Of a stretch of DNA of 64,000 bases, positions 48,007 through 58,236 are shown one piece after another. This stretch comes from Spirochaetia bacterium (GTDB lineage: Bacteria > Spirochaetota > Spirochaetia > UBA9216), in contig CAXXYH010000004.1 of the NCBI GenBank assembly GCA_963677925.2, positions 2,080,001 to 2,144,000 of the forward strand, in the 5' to 3' direction. The translations under genes were made by a program, and so were the position numbers. Under the pieces are notes generated by a model. The model did no database searches, had not been told where the DNA came from, and saw only the letters and a list, made by a program, of their open reading frames with translations. Within the stretch, counting starts at the first letter, position 1. The number at the start of each line of letters is the position of its first letter.

Positions 48007-49704
48007 TCAGCTGTCGGCTGATAAGGGAAGTTCTTTTATCATTCCCTTTGTAATTATCTCGGGAAGAAGCTGTGCTTCGGAACTTCCTGCCGGATACCAG
48101 GCATAAAATGGAACCCCTGCTCGTCCGTGCATGTTCAGCCAGCTGTCAATTTCCGGATTTCGTGTTGTATAATCTCCGTGAATCAGTATAACGTTATTTT
48201 CTTCAAAAAATTCTTCTATCTCTTCAGTGAAGATCACAGTGGTTTCATTTGTTCTGCATGTCATGCACCAGCGTGCTGAAAACATGACGAAAACCGGCTG
48301 ATTTCCCCCGACAGCATCGTTAACAAGTCCGGGAGAGAAGTCCAGCCATGATTTATAATGTTCTGATCCGGCCGATATTCCGGAGTCTGTTCCAGAAATA
48401 CTCTGCTCTTCAGAACTTCTGACAATAAATACTGCTCCGACAGCAATTACGGCGACTGCAAACAAGGCTGTAATTGTCCTTCCTGCAGTACTGTACTGCT
48501 TTGCAGATATTTTTCCGTACAGCCATGCAATAACGGCAAGAAACAGCAGATAGATAAGTGTCAATGTTATTGCTGCCGGACTGCTCTGGTATACAAGAAC
48601 ATCAAACAGCCATACGGCAGTACCCATAAGCAGAAAGGCCATAACCTCTCTGAATATATTCATCCATGCGCCGGGTTTCGGTAGTTTCTTTACCAGCCCG
48701 GGAAAAAATCCTATTAAAAGGAAGGGAAGGGCAAGTCCAAGTCCAACGAAAAAGAAAATCATAATAATTACAGGAGCTGTGCTTGAGAATGCAAAGCCTG
48801 CAGCAGTTCCAAGAAATGGGGCTGTACACGGTGTAGCCAGCAGTACCGCTATAACACCGCTGAAAAAGTGAGCACTTGCGTGGCCTGCTTTCTTAACAGA
48901 TGTCCCCGATTTGATAACCGGTGCTGCAATTGTGAAAACTTCAAAAAGCGACAGGCCGAACATGAATATTACTGTCAGCAGAAAAACGATAAAGCCCCTG
49001 TTCTGAAACTGAAATCCCCATCCCACCTTTGCTCCGGCTGCCTTAATTATAATTACGGCCGCGGCCAGGGCCAGCATCGAAGCTATGACTCCTGCTGTAT
49101 AAAAAAGTGAGGATGCCAGTATCTGTTTTCGGTCATCACCGCCCTGTTTTACCAGGCTTAAGGCTTTTATAGAAAGAACAGGAAGCACACAGGGCATTAC
49201 ATTAAGCAGCAGTCCTCCTGCAAAGGCCAGAAGCAGGAATAGCAGCAGTCCTGACGTGGATGCTGCTGCATTGGGTGCTGCCGTATCTATACTGATTTCA
49301 AGCGATTCAGAGGCCGGGAAAAAACATGTTCCATTCTCATCACAGAGCTGCCAGTGCACATCCACAGAGAGCGAGTCGCTTTTTACTCCCATAATCTCCG
49401 CGCTTAGTTCAACAGTACCGTAATAATTAACAAGTCCATCCTCGGATTCTCCCTCAGGATAGAAAATTTCACCCATTATTACTTCATCCGGAGATGTGAT
49501 TTCAAAACGGAAAAAATCTTCCGAAAAGGTCTGATGATAACCTTCCGGAATTATATATGTAACTGTTAATACCCCTGTTCCGTTACTGTCAACGAAAGCT
49601 TCTGCTGAAACTTCAGCAGGCGGTACTGATATCTGAGCGCTGAGCGTGCCTATAGATACAGCTGCCAGAAAGAGAGATATTATAAAACGGTTTATTTTTT
49701 TCAC
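48007..49704 (-). CDS. dsbD: Thiol:disulfide interchange protein DsbD
   Basis: N-domain CDENGTC; TM PCVLPV and TPCTAP; thioredoxin WCMTC. Confidence 0.9.
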   Translation of the reverse strand: MKKINRFIISLFLAAVSIGTLSAQISVPPAEVSAEAFVDSNGTGVLTVTYIIPEGYHQTFSEDFFRFEITSPDEVIMGEIFYPEGESEDGLVNYYGTVELSAEIMGVKSDSLSVDVHWQLCDENGTCFFPASESLEISIDTAAPNAAASTSGLLLFLLLAFAGGLLLNVMPCVLPVLSIKALSLVKQGGDDRKQILASSLFYTAGVIASMLALAAAVIIIKAAGAKVGWGFQFQNRGFIVFLLTVIFMFGLSLFEVFTIAAPVIKSGTSVKKAGHASAHFFSGVIAVLLATPCTAPFLGTAAGFAFSSTAPVIIMIFFFVGLGLALPFLLIGFFPGLVKKLPKPGAWMNIFREVMAFLLMGTAVWLFDVLVYQSSPAAITLTLIYLLFLAVIAWLYGKISAKQYSTAGRTITALFAVAVIAVGAVFIVRSSEEQSISGTDSGISAGSEHYKSWLDFSPGLVNDAVGGNQPVFVMFSARWCMTCRTNETTVIFTEEIEEFFEENNVILIHGDYTTRNPEIDSWLNMHGRAGVPFYAWYPAGSSEAQLLPEIITKGMIKELPLSADS

Positions 49705-50447
49705 TGCATTACCCCCAGCATTGTTATCAGTAGAACAGAAAAGTTATACAGACCATGTCCGATAGCTACAGTATGGATAGATCTGGTTTTTATGAACATG
49801 AATGTCAGAAATCCGCCGATAAGCAGAATGGCTCCGGCTGCATACAAACCTTCATAAATATGTCCGGAGGCGAAAAGCAGCACGTTCAGTACTGCAGCAG
49901 CAGGGAGGCTTACTCCGCGTGTTGTGAGTGAGTTGATAAGATAAGCTCTGAAGAAAATCTCTTCACTGTAACCGGTCAGTATGCAGGAAACGAAGACCAG
50001 AGGAAGCAGTTCCGGCCGGCTGAATACCCATCCGCTGCCGTAGATCATGCTGTTGCTGTAATCGGGTTCAATCAGCATTGCCGCTGTACCGGCTATTGCA
50101 AGGCATGCAAATATCCCGGCAAGTGTGAGAATTGAGAGCAGAATATCCTTCAGTCTTATTTTTCCAATCCCGTAGTCACCGAGAGGCTGTCCGGGTTTGA
50201 GAATTATCAGATAAATAATAAAAAGGATCTGCGGCAGAGTTGTTATTATATAGATAAAGTTGAACCATGAGCTTTCAAATACCGCCGGATCGTAATCAGA
50301 CGTTCCTTGCGACAGGTATCCCGGAAGAAAAAACACCGCAAAAAGGAGCAGGGGTTCAAAGACGGTTAAATCTATTTTTTTTCTGTTTCTACTGGAAAAA
50401 AACTCATTCACCCTGTAGAATATTATCAATATTTTAGTTAATTGCAA
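49701..50447 (-). CDS. CPBP (CAAX/Abi) intramembrane metalloprotease
   Basis: EEIFFR, FASGH.Y, HGLYN; start codon uncertain. Confidence 0.88.
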   Translation of the reverse strand: MQLTKILIIFYRVNEFFSSRNRKKIDLTVFEPLLLFAVFFLPGYLSQGTSDYDPAVFESSWFNFIYIITTLPQILFIIYLIILKPGQPLGDYGIGKIRLKDILLSILTLAGIFACLAIAGTAAMLIEPDYSNSMIYGSGWVFSRPELLPLVFVSCILTGYSEEIFFRAYLINSLTTRGVSLPAAAVLNVLLFASGHIYEGLYAAGAILLIGGFLTFMFIKTRSIHTVAIGHGLYNFSVLLITMLGVMQ

Positions 50448-50497
50448 GGATAATCGTGAAGTTACAGTTAATAAGGTAAGAGATCGATACTAGAGTT

Positions 50498-51532
50498 ATG
50501 TTGATTGTAGTAGCCGTAATATTTTTTCTGCTGATCATACTCATTTCCATCCTCAGGAAAATGGGGGGGGGCAATTTTCCCTGGGCTCAGTTCTATGCAA
50601 AGGGCCGTGAATCCGGATTTTCGCTGAAAGAGATAAATCTCCTTCGGAAGGTGGCCGTTGAAAACAGGCTTGAAAATCCTACATCACTTTTCTGGTCAAT
50701 TAAGCAGCTTGACCGCTCAATCCGCGGTACCATTATTAAGTTCCGGAATGAGGGTGTAAGCGGCAACGAAGAGAATATCAACTTTGTTTCAAAGCTTTTT
50801 GATTTCAGAAGCCGTGTCGAGCTTAATCTACCGAAATTTACACTCGGACTTAAAACATCCCGTAAAATATCACAGCATCAGAAAATCAAGATAAATCTAC
50901 CGGGCGCAGGAACTTACACTGCCAGCGTTGTAGAGAATCTTAAAAAATATCTTGCTATTTCCTATCCCGAAGGTCCGGTTCTGCCTCAGGGCTTTGACTG
51001 GAAGGCTCAGGATATCAATATCTTTTTCTGGCGTGCGGATGATGCCGGATACACTTTTGATTCAATAGTAATAGACGATTTTTCCGATAAAAACTATTCT
51101 ATACTCCATATAGCCCACTCTGATAATCTTCAGAGAAGTCAGAAGCGCTCGTCAGTCAGAATCGATGTTAATAAACCGGCATATCTGTATCTTCTTAAAA
51201 GTATAGGCGAAGCCAATGAACGCGAGGAGAAAACTGCCGGTCTGAGATGCCGCCTGATTGATGTATCTGAAGGCGGTGCAGCGATAATGATAGGCGGAAA
51301 AGCCAGAGTCGGTATTGCCGTAAAGCTTCAATTCAGTATAGGCCCTTATAAAATCAGAATGTGTGGTAATGTTAAAGGTGTGAACTTTAATCCGAAACGT
51401 AACCAGTCCATTCTGCATCTGCAGGCAGTTCCGCTGCATCCTGTGATGAGAAATCAGCTCCTCTCCTATATTTATAATATTTTCGGAGAAAGAGAATCTC
51501 TGGGCAGAAAGAGCAGGGTAACCAATTACTAA
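50498..51532 (+). CDS. Membrane-anchored YcgR-like PilZ-domain protein
   Basis: N-terminal TM; RSSVR (RxxxR) and DVSEGG (DxSxxG) c-di-GMP motifs. Confidence 0.85.
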   Translation: MLIVVAVIFFLLIILISILRKMGGGNFPWAQFYAKGRESGFSLKEINLLRKVAVENRLENPTSLFWSIKQLDRSIRGTIIKFRNEGVSGNEENINFVSKLFDFRSRVELNLPKFTLGLKTSRKISQHQKIKINLPGAGTYTASVVENLKKYLAISYPEGPVLPQGFDWKAQDINIFFWRADDAGYTFDSIVIDDFSDKNYSILHIAHSDNLQRSQKRSSVRIDVNKPAYLYLLKSIGEANEREEKTAGLRCRLIDVSEGGAAIMIGGKARVGIAVKLQFSIGPYKIRMCGNVKGVNFNPKRNQSILHLQAVPLHPVMRNQLLSYIYNIFGERESLGRKSRVTNY

Positions 51533-51541
51533 GGGGTCTAG

Positions 51542-52741
51542 ATGAAAGCCAGATTAAGGTTTTTTAGCATTTTATTTATATTATCCGTTTTATCCTCATT
51601 CACAGTCTTTGCTCAGGAAAGTACAGATGTTGTTGAGGCATTCCGGAAAAACTTCACCAGAGGCAGTCTTGCCACCAAAGCGAGGGTTCTGCAGGATTCC
51701 ATCGACTACAAAGATTCTGATATGTCGGAACTCTATCTGCTCTCTCTCAACTTTGTCATAGAGAACTCATGGATGCTGGTGAATGATGCTCAGGGAAGGG
51801 AACTTGTTCTTTTTACTGTCAGACTGCTTGGGACAACAGGAGTCGAATCATCAGCAGGAAAGCTGTGGGCCTTCTTCAGAGAAGTTGAGGATGATGAAAT
51901 TAGAGTCGAAATCATGAATGCCCTCGGCGATACAGCTTCGGGTGATAAAAATATAATCATCGGAATAAATGAATGGCTGAGGCTTCAGAACAGTCAGTAT
52001 AAGAGCGGAAAAGCTATTGATGAAAAGCTGATTTCAGAAACTGTTGCAACACTCGGGCGAATTGGAGACCCTTCCTCCTTCCCTGTGGTTTTTACAACCG
52101 GAACAATCGGCTATTCTGATGATGTGAATCTGAGTGTTTCCGAAGCTTTAAACGGAATAGACGGATATTTTACAGACCATATAATGCAGGTTATTAAGAG
52201 CTCTTCATCAGAAGAAAAACTTGCTGCGCTCAAAGCTGCTTTCAGTCAGAGTAATCTTACGAGGGAGGACAAGGCGTCAATTGCCGAGGTAGCTCTCGAT
52301 GTAGGCTTGTACAGTGATGCAAAATCTCCTGCTGATGAGAAAAATCTGCGTGACCTCCGCTTCGAGGCAGTCAGAGAATTGACTCAGCTGAACTGGAGCG
52401 GTGTATCAGAAGGGCTGATAAAGCACTTTGACTACACGGTTTTTGAATTCGAACAGGGCGTGATAAGGAAGGTAAACCTTCTTGAAGCAATAGACGCACT
52501 CGGCTCTGCCGGGACTCATGATGCAGCAGTAAGGCTGACACTGTATCTTGAGGTTTTAAATACTTATACTGAAAACGGCCAGCCTGTTGATGAACAGATT
52601 ATTCTGGGGGTTATAAGAAACCTCGGTAAACTGGGAGACAGCACGGCCTTCGACTACCTTCTCTACACCGGCTATCTCAATTATTCCGGTACTGTCCAGC
52701 GGGCAGCAAGAGAGGCGTTGAAGAATCTTAAAAGTATGTAA
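51542..52741 (+). CDS. Exported HEAT-repeat protein
   Basis: Signal peptide ..VFA; repeated ALG/LG..G HEAT motifs. Confidence 0.8.
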   Translation: MKARLRFFSILFILSVLSSFTVFAQESTDVVEAFRKNFTRGSLATKARVLQDSIDYKDSDMSELYLLSLNFVIENSWMLVNDAQGRELVLFTVRLLGTTGVESSAGKLWAFFREVEDDEIRVEIMNALGDTASGDKNIIIGINEWLRLQNSQYKSGKAIDEKLISETVATLGRIGDPSSFPVVFTTGTIGYSDDVNLSVSEALNGIDGYFTDHIMQVIKSSSSEEKLAALKAAFSQSNLTREDKASIAEVALDVGLYSDAKSPADEKNLRDLRFEAVRELTQLNWSGVSEGLIKHFDYTVFEFEQGVIRKVNLLEAIDALGSAGTHDAAVRLTLYLEVLNTYTENGQPVDEQIILGVIRNLGKLGDSTAFDYLLYTGYLNYSGTVQRAAREALKNLKSM

Positions 52742-52922
52742 AAATAAAATCCTGAGTTTATTAATCTCGAATCCTCTTGTAACCGGTTTTTTTCTCATCA
52801 TTCTTCTGCGTCTGTGTCTGTTCGATTATTTTGAACTCAGAACCCGGCTGATAATCTACATTGTACTCACTTCAGTCTCGATCACTGCTACAGCTGTCTT
52901 TATACTGAGGGGCGGCCGGTCC

Positions 52923-54239
52923 GTGAATGCATTGAAAATGAAGATACTGCTTTCAGCGGTCACTGCTGCCCTTATTGTCACGGGGCTGAGTTTTGAGCAG
53001 CGACTGCGCAACTCTGCAGTATTTGCAGGCATTCCCTATGATTCAGTCAGTGAAATGGAAGCTGTGGCTATATCGGACAGCTGTCTGACATCATCAGGCA
53101 GATATCTGACCGAAGCTTCGCTTATGAATACAGTATCCGGGAACGGAATCAAAACTACAGCATCGGGCAAACTCCTTGTTTTCTTTGATGATGATCCCCG
53201 GCTTAGTCAGGGCGAGTTTTTCAGTGCTGCCGGCGGCCTTATGAAATCCGAACCGGACAACGGAGGCTTCAGCTTTCATAATCCAGAATATTTTCTACTT
53301 TTCTCAAAAAATGCAGGTTTATTGAGACTGGGCTGGAAGTCCGGACTCTACCGGATACGCTCAGAACTTCTTTCCTCCGCACAGAGCAGACTTATGAGGC
53401 TTGATAATGGTTCGGGGGGGATTCTTCTTGCTCTTTTCACAGGCAGCAGGAATATGATGGAGCATTACGATACCGAACTTTTCAGAACTGCCGGTACTGC
53501 GCATATCCTTGCTCTTTCGGGGATGCACCTGGGAATAATGTGCGGAATCCTCTATATTATTTTGATTCCCATGACAGGAAAAAGAGCGGCTTTCATAATA
53601 TGCTCGGTAATTGTTGTCCTCTATCTGTTTCTCACCGGCTTTGGAGAATCCCTTGTCAGGGCCGCTCTGATGTTCTTTCTGATAGGATTAAATGAGCAGC
53701 TTAACCGGAAATCAAAGTTTACAGATATTCTGATATTGAGTTTCGTGTTTATGACTTTAATCAGCCCTGAGGCGTTTTATACTATATCTTTCAGACTTTC
53801 CTTTGTGGCCATAGCCGGAATGGTATACTTTGGAAGTCTTTTTAACCGTGTACTGCCGAATCGGATTCCACGCTGGCTGCGTCTCTCAGTCAGTGCATCA
53901 GCAGGTGCCCAGACGGCTGTTCTTCCGCTGGTTCTGTCTGTTTTTGGAAAGGTGTACCCTGCAGGACTTATTTCAGGAATAGTTCTCACGCCTCTGGTTA
54001 CATTGTTAATATGGACAGGACTGCTTTTTTTGATTACCGGCTGGGAAATGCTATCAATTTGTATAGAATTCATTTATAAAATAATCAGGGCTGCGGCTGA
54101 AATATTTTCTGCTCTGCCGTCCTTCGGGACTGATAATTTTTTAATTGCCGGTACACTCGGCTTTTACTCAGTTCTGATTATTTCAGTTATTTTTCTGATA
54201 ATCAGGGAAAGGTATAATGAACTATCCGTTAAACTATGA
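52923..54239 (+). CDS. comEC: ComEC/Rec2 competence-domain protein (no metallo-beta-lactamase domain)
   Basis: F..AGTAHILALSGMH, SLVRAALM, SFRLSF; the true start may lie upstream. Confidence 0.88.
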   Translation: MNALKMKILLSAVTAALIVTGLSFEQRLRNSAVFAGIPYDSVSEMEAVAISDSCLTSSGRYLTEASLMNTVSGNGIKTTASGKLLVFFDDDPRLSQGEFFSAAGGLMKSEPDNGGFSFHNPEYFLLFSKNAGLLRLGWKSGLYRIRSELLSSAQSRLMRLDNGSGGILLALFTGSRNMMEHYDTELFRTAGTAHILALSGMHLGIMCGILYIILIPMTGKRAAFIICSVIVVLYLFLTGFGESLVRAALMFFLIGLNEQLNRKSKFTDILILSFVFMTLISPEAFYTISFRLSFVAIAGMVYFGSLFNRVLPNRIPRWLRLSVSASAGAQTAVLPLVLSVFGKVYPAGLISGIVLTPLVTLLIWTGLLFLITGWEMLSICIEFIYKIIRAAAEIFSALPSFGTDNFLIAGTLGFYSVLIISVIFLIIRERYNELSVKL

Positions 54240-55083
54240 TTCACCTTCGGAACTGCGTGAATTTCTTGAAAATCATGAACTCAGTATGAAGAAACGCTTC
54301 GGCCAGAATTTTCTGATAAACAGAGGCGCACGCGAAAAAATTGTAGATCTTTTAGGCGCCGAAGCCGGCGATAAAGCCTGGGAGATAGGACCCGGACTGG
54401 GCTCCATGACATGGCACATGCTTGAAAAAGGAATAGATCTCACTGTTTTTGAAATTGACAATGGTTTTGCATGTCTGCTTAGAGATTTTTATTCAGATCT
54501 GCCTAATTTCAGCATTATTCAGGGTGATTTTCTTAAGACTTTTAAGAATGAAGCTGAAACTCAAGGGATTCCGCCCCTTGTCATAGGAAACCTTCCGTAC
54601 TCTTCAGGCTCTCCGATGATAGCGATGCTGATAAAAAATGAGCTAAGTCCGAGAACCATGGTGTTTACTGTACAGAAGGAGGTTGCTCAGCGGATGGCCG
54701 CTAAACCGGGCAGCAAAGATTATTCAGTGTTTTCTCTTATCAGCGGATCTAAATATAAGGTGGAGCTGTCAGGGGATATTAAGGCGGGTTCCTTCTATCC
54801 CAGGCCTGCAGTAGTTTCATCGGTGGTAAAGCTTACAAAGCATGATAGCTTTGATCCCGGTGACTCATCGGTCTACTATACTCTTATAGACGACATGTTT
54901 CTTTCACGCAGGAAGAAAATATCGAATAATTTGGCTTCCGGACGTCTTGCTGCAAGATTCGGCCGGGAAAAAGTGCTTGAAGCCTTAAATGCTTCCGGGA
55001 TTTCTGCCGAGAGAAGGGGTGAGACCGTATCTGTTGAAGAGGCTCAGCATCTCAGCAGGCTGCTTTCAAAAGAGTTTAAATAA
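54217..55083 (+). CDS. rsmA: 16S rRNA dimethyltransferase RsmA/KsgA
   Basis: KRFGQNFL, EIGPGLG, GNLPY, QKEVAQR, F.P.P.V.S. Confidence 0.96.
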   Translation: MNYPLNYDSPSELREFLENHELSMKKRFGQNFLINRGAREKIVDLLGAEAGDKAWEIGPGLGSMTWHMLEKGIDLTVFEIDNGFACLLRDFYSDLPNFSIIQGDFLKTFKNEAETQGIPPLVIGNLPYSSGSPMIAMLIKNELSPRTMVFTVQKEVAQRMAAKPGSKDYSVFSLISGSKYKVELSGDIKAGSFYPRPAVVSSVVKLTKHDSFDPGDSSVYYTLIDDMFLSRRKKISNNLASGRLAARFGREKVLEALNASGISAERRGETVSVEEAQHLSRLLSKEFK

Positions 55084-55161
55084 TTTGGACAGTTCTTTTG
55101 ACTAAAAAGATCTAAAAACATATAATTTGTTTATAAGATAAACTCATAGGAGAAGTTGGTA

Positions 55162-56028
55162 ATGAAGAAGTTTGCAATAATCACAGCGGTGATTGCAGCA
55201 GTATTTTTTTCAGGATGTGCGACAACAGAGTCTGATACCTCAGGGGTACAGGAAGAAAAAATGGTGGAAAAGGCCTCTGAAGTTGAAAAAGAAACTGTGT
55301 ATGAAACAGTTTATATACCTCATGCCGTAAAAGAAACATCATATTACAGTGACGGATATATAGAAAGTTATAAAAATTTTACTTACGATTCAGATATGAA
55401 TCTTCTAAAGGAAGAGCTGTACGATTCATTTGACGAAATTATTGAATCGCTTGAATTTACTGTAGCAGGCGGAAAAACAAACATGAAAACCGTTTACGAC
55501 AACAGGGGCAGTATTCAGTCGAAAAGAGCTTTCAGCTACAACGGTGCGGGACTTCTTTCCCGTGAGGAGATTATGAATCCTGAGGGTGCTCTTCAGAATG
55601 TATCTGAGTACGAATATGACGCGCAGGGAAATAAAATACGATGGATGATCCTGAGTGCGGACGGTGTGATGCTTTCAGACACTGTGTATAAGTATGAAGA
55701 TGGTCTTAATACAAGAATAGAGATTTTTGATGGTGCAAAGATTCAGGAATATTTTGTTCTCGATTATGAAAACGGGAACCTTATCAGAAAATCGCATTAT
55801 GAAGATGATGGAAAACTGGTTGATTCGGTTGAATATGAATATGTGAATGGAATGCTCAGTGCCGAGAATTATCTCAGGGCAAACGGCTCGGTCAGTAGAA
55901 AAGTATTAATCGTCAATGATGATAAAGGTAATCCCGTAAAAAAAGAATTTTTTGACGGAAGCGGAGAGCTAAGAGACTTTGTTGAATATGAATATAAATA
56001 TACAACAGAGCAGAGAGCTGTTAACTGA
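55162..56028 (+). CDS. Lipoprotein with tandem ~24-aa YD/MORN-like beta-hairpin repeats
   Basis: MKKF..FFSG-C lipobox; repeated Y.Y..G....E..(Y/F)...G units; ATG 55162 after AGGAG. Confidence 0.78.
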   Translation: MKKFAIITAVIAAVFFSGCATTESDTSGVQEEKMVEKASEVEKETVYETVYIPHAVKETSYYSDGYIESYKNFTYDSDMNLLKEELYDSFDEIIESLEFTVAGGKTNMKTVYDNRGSIQSKRAFSYNGAGLLSREEIMNPEGALQNVSEYEYDAQGNKIRWMILSADGVMLSDTVYKYEDGLNTRIEIFDGAKIQEYFVLDYENGNLIRKSHYEDDGKLVDSVEYEYVNGMLSAENYLRANGSVSRKVLIVNDDKGNPVKKEFFDGSGELRDFVEYEYKYTTEQRAVN

Positions 56029-56045
56029 TAATTCAGGAGGGGATT

Positions 56046-57227
56046 ATGCGCAACAGATTTTTATTTATTCTGATAATAGTGACGCTGGTTGTACCGGTTT
56101 CAATGGTTTCGGCTAATGAAACTGCAGCCGTCTGGTCCAGAATATATGAGGGAACTCCAACACTTGAGAATAAACTCTCAGTTATGAAGAGTATATGTGA
56201 ACTGCATGACAGGGATTTAGCCCCGATGATTACTGATACGCTTACTGAACTTGTTTATTCCAAGTATCAGTATACAACAACAAGGGATCGTCAGCTTATT
56301 TCTGATCTGAAAAGAGTGATGATTACCGAGCTTGGTAATTTGAAGGCAGTAGATGCGACACCGGTAATGTTTAAGGTTTTTGAAGAAGAGGATAATGATT
56401 TTCTAAAAGCGATAGCTATCTCCGGTATTGGTGCCGCAGGCGGACGAGACTATGCAGATGAAATTGCAGATTTTCTTAGATATATCAACCTTGATATTAT
56501 TCAGATTGAAAATAATGAAAAAAGGGAGTCTCTTGTAGGTGCATGTATCTATTCGCTTGAGAGACTGAAAATGCCGGTAGGTTTTGAACCGGTATTCTAT
56601 GCTGCAGTAGGCGGTTATAGTAGAAATACAATAGCAAAGGCAGAACGTGCTCTTGTTAACATAATGGAAGACCCGTCGGATGAGCTGGCCTCAATAATAA
56701 GGGCTGATACTCCGTATGAAATTCGATATGCTGCCTTAAGTGTTGAGGAGCGCAGCAATGCTTCGCCTGAAAGAAAAACAGAGGTTGCCTCAGCCGCTCT
56801 GGAGGTGTCTCTAGTGTATAACGCTGCTACTCCGAGGGAAAGGGAATATCAGTCCCGTTCGAAGATAAAAGCAGCGGAAATGATTCGCGATCTCGGTGTT
56901 GCAGATGACAATGCGGTTCAATGGCTCGGGAGAATGCTTAACAGCTCTTCAGATATCAACGAAGTGGTAACCAGTCTTCAGGCTCTCGGTACCTATTCAA
57001 GTGATTCTGCTGTTGAAGTGCTGAGTAAATATCTGAGAGACAACAACCAGAGAAGAGCCTCGGGTATTCAGTACAATGATGAAAGAGCCATCAGGGAATG
57101 TATAAACGCGCTGGGAAACAGCGGGAATTCGAATGCCAGAGCTGAACTGACCATGGTTGAGTTTTCAAACTGGAGTAGCCAGACTATCAGAATGGCAAAG
57201 AATGCTTTAAAACAGCTTCAGCAGTAA
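56046..57227 (+). CDS. Exported HEAT-repeat protein (probable paralog of 51542-52741)
   Basis: Signal peptide; ELG.LKA, ALG motifs; C-terminus aligns with that of the 51542 protein. Confidence 0.8.
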   Translation: MRNRFLFILIIVTLVVPVSMVSANETAAVWSRIYEGTPTLENKLSVMKSICELHDRDLAPMITDTLTELVYSKYQYTTTRDRQLISDLKRVMITELGNLKAVDATPVMFKVFEEEDNDFLKAIAISGIGAAGGRDYADEIADFLRYINLDIIQIENNEKRESLVGACIYSLERLKMPVGFEPVFYAAVGGYSRNTIAKAERALVNIMEDPSDELASIIRADTPYEIRYAALSVEERSNASPERKTEVASAALEVSLVYNAATPREREYQSRSKIKAAEMIRDLGVADDNAVQWLGRMLNSSSDINEVVTSLQALGTYSSDSAVEVLSKYLRDNNQRRASGIQYNDERAIRECINALGNSGNSNARAELTMVEFSNWSSQTIRMAKNALKQLQQ

Positions 57228-57298
57228 GCTGTAAAAATGCCCGGAAGGTATTCCGGGCTTGATATAGACGGTCGGTAAAAACAGATTTGCTGATCGCC

Positions 57299-57340
57299 AA
57301 AAAAAGGGGCAGGTACTAATCATACTGCCCCTTTTTATTT
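57299..57340. terminator. Bidirectional terminator
   Basis: A7-GGGGCAG..CTGCCCC-T5 between convergent genes. Confidence 0.82.
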
Positions 57341-57357
57341 GTATTGATCTGAACCTC

Positions 57358-58236
57358 TTAGAGTAGACCGGTTTCAGCCATTATCTTTTTAAAGGTCTGC
57401 TTGTCATCATCTGTCATTTCGCAGAGGGGCAGTCTGTAAACTTCCTCCATCATGCCCTTAAGTGCACATCCGTATTTAACAGGAACCGGATTTGAGTCCA
57501 TAAACAGACCTTTGAAGAAGGGGAGCAGATGATAATGAATCTCTCTGGCTCTTTCGAAATTACCCGCGTTTGCGTTTCTGACAAGTTCCTCCATTTCTTC
57601 CGGAATGATGTTGCTTGCTACAGAAATTATTCCTCTTGCTCCACAGGCGATCATCGGCAGTCCAAGATTGTCGTCTCCTGAGAGTATTGTGAAGTCTTCA
57701 GGTTTGTAGAGAGCGAGTTCCATAACCTGGGGAATGCTGCCGCTGGCTTCTTTTACTGCAACAATATTCGGATGAGCAGCAAGCTTTAGCATTGTACTGT
57801 TTTCAATGTTCTTTCCAGCTCTGCCTGGAATATTATAAACAACCATTGGAAGATCAACAGAGTCGGCAATAGCCATAAAGTGGCGGTAAAACCCTTCCTG
57901 TGAAGGTTTATTGTAATAAGGTGCTACCTGCAGACTGTAATCGGCTCCAGCTTCCTTTGCGTGTTTTGTCAATCTGATGGCTTCTTCTGTAGAGTTTGAG
58001 CCTGTGCCTGCTATTACCGGAACCCTTCCGGCTGTTTTGTTAATTACAGTTTCAATAACCTTGTCATGTTCTTCATGGTTCAGTGTGGGACTTTCACCTG
58101 TTGTTCCTACCGGAACCAGACCCGATATACCCCTGTCGATCTGAAACTCAACAAGTTTTTCAAGGCTTGTCTTATCCACTGAGCCGTCTTTTGCGAATGG
58201 GGTTACAAGCGCTGTAAATACACCTTCTAAATTCAT
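57358..58236 (-). CDS. dapA: 4-hydroxy-tetrahydrodipicolinate synthase
   Basis: TALVTPF, GTTGESPTL, PYYNKP, YNIPGR, KEASG, SGDD. Confidence 0.96.
   Translation of the reverse strand: MNLEGVFTALVTPFAKDGSVDKTSLEKLVEFQIDRGISGLVPVGTTGESPTLNHEEHDKVIETVINKTAGRVPVIAGTGSNSTEEAIRLTKHAKEAGADYSLQVAPYYNKPSQEGFYRHFMAIADSVDLPMVVYNIPGRAGKNIENSTMLKLAAHPNIVAVKEASGSIPQVMELALYKPEDFTILSGDDNLGLPMIACGARGIISVASNIIPEEMEELVRNANAGNFERAREIHYHLLPFFKGLFMDSNPVPVKYGCALKGMMEEVYRLPLCEMTDDDKQTFKKIMAETGLL

Noticed and set aside
49701-50447. CPBP/Abi protein as an abortive-infection system
   Set aside because: The family name is historical; the context is housekeeping (coupled to dsbD).
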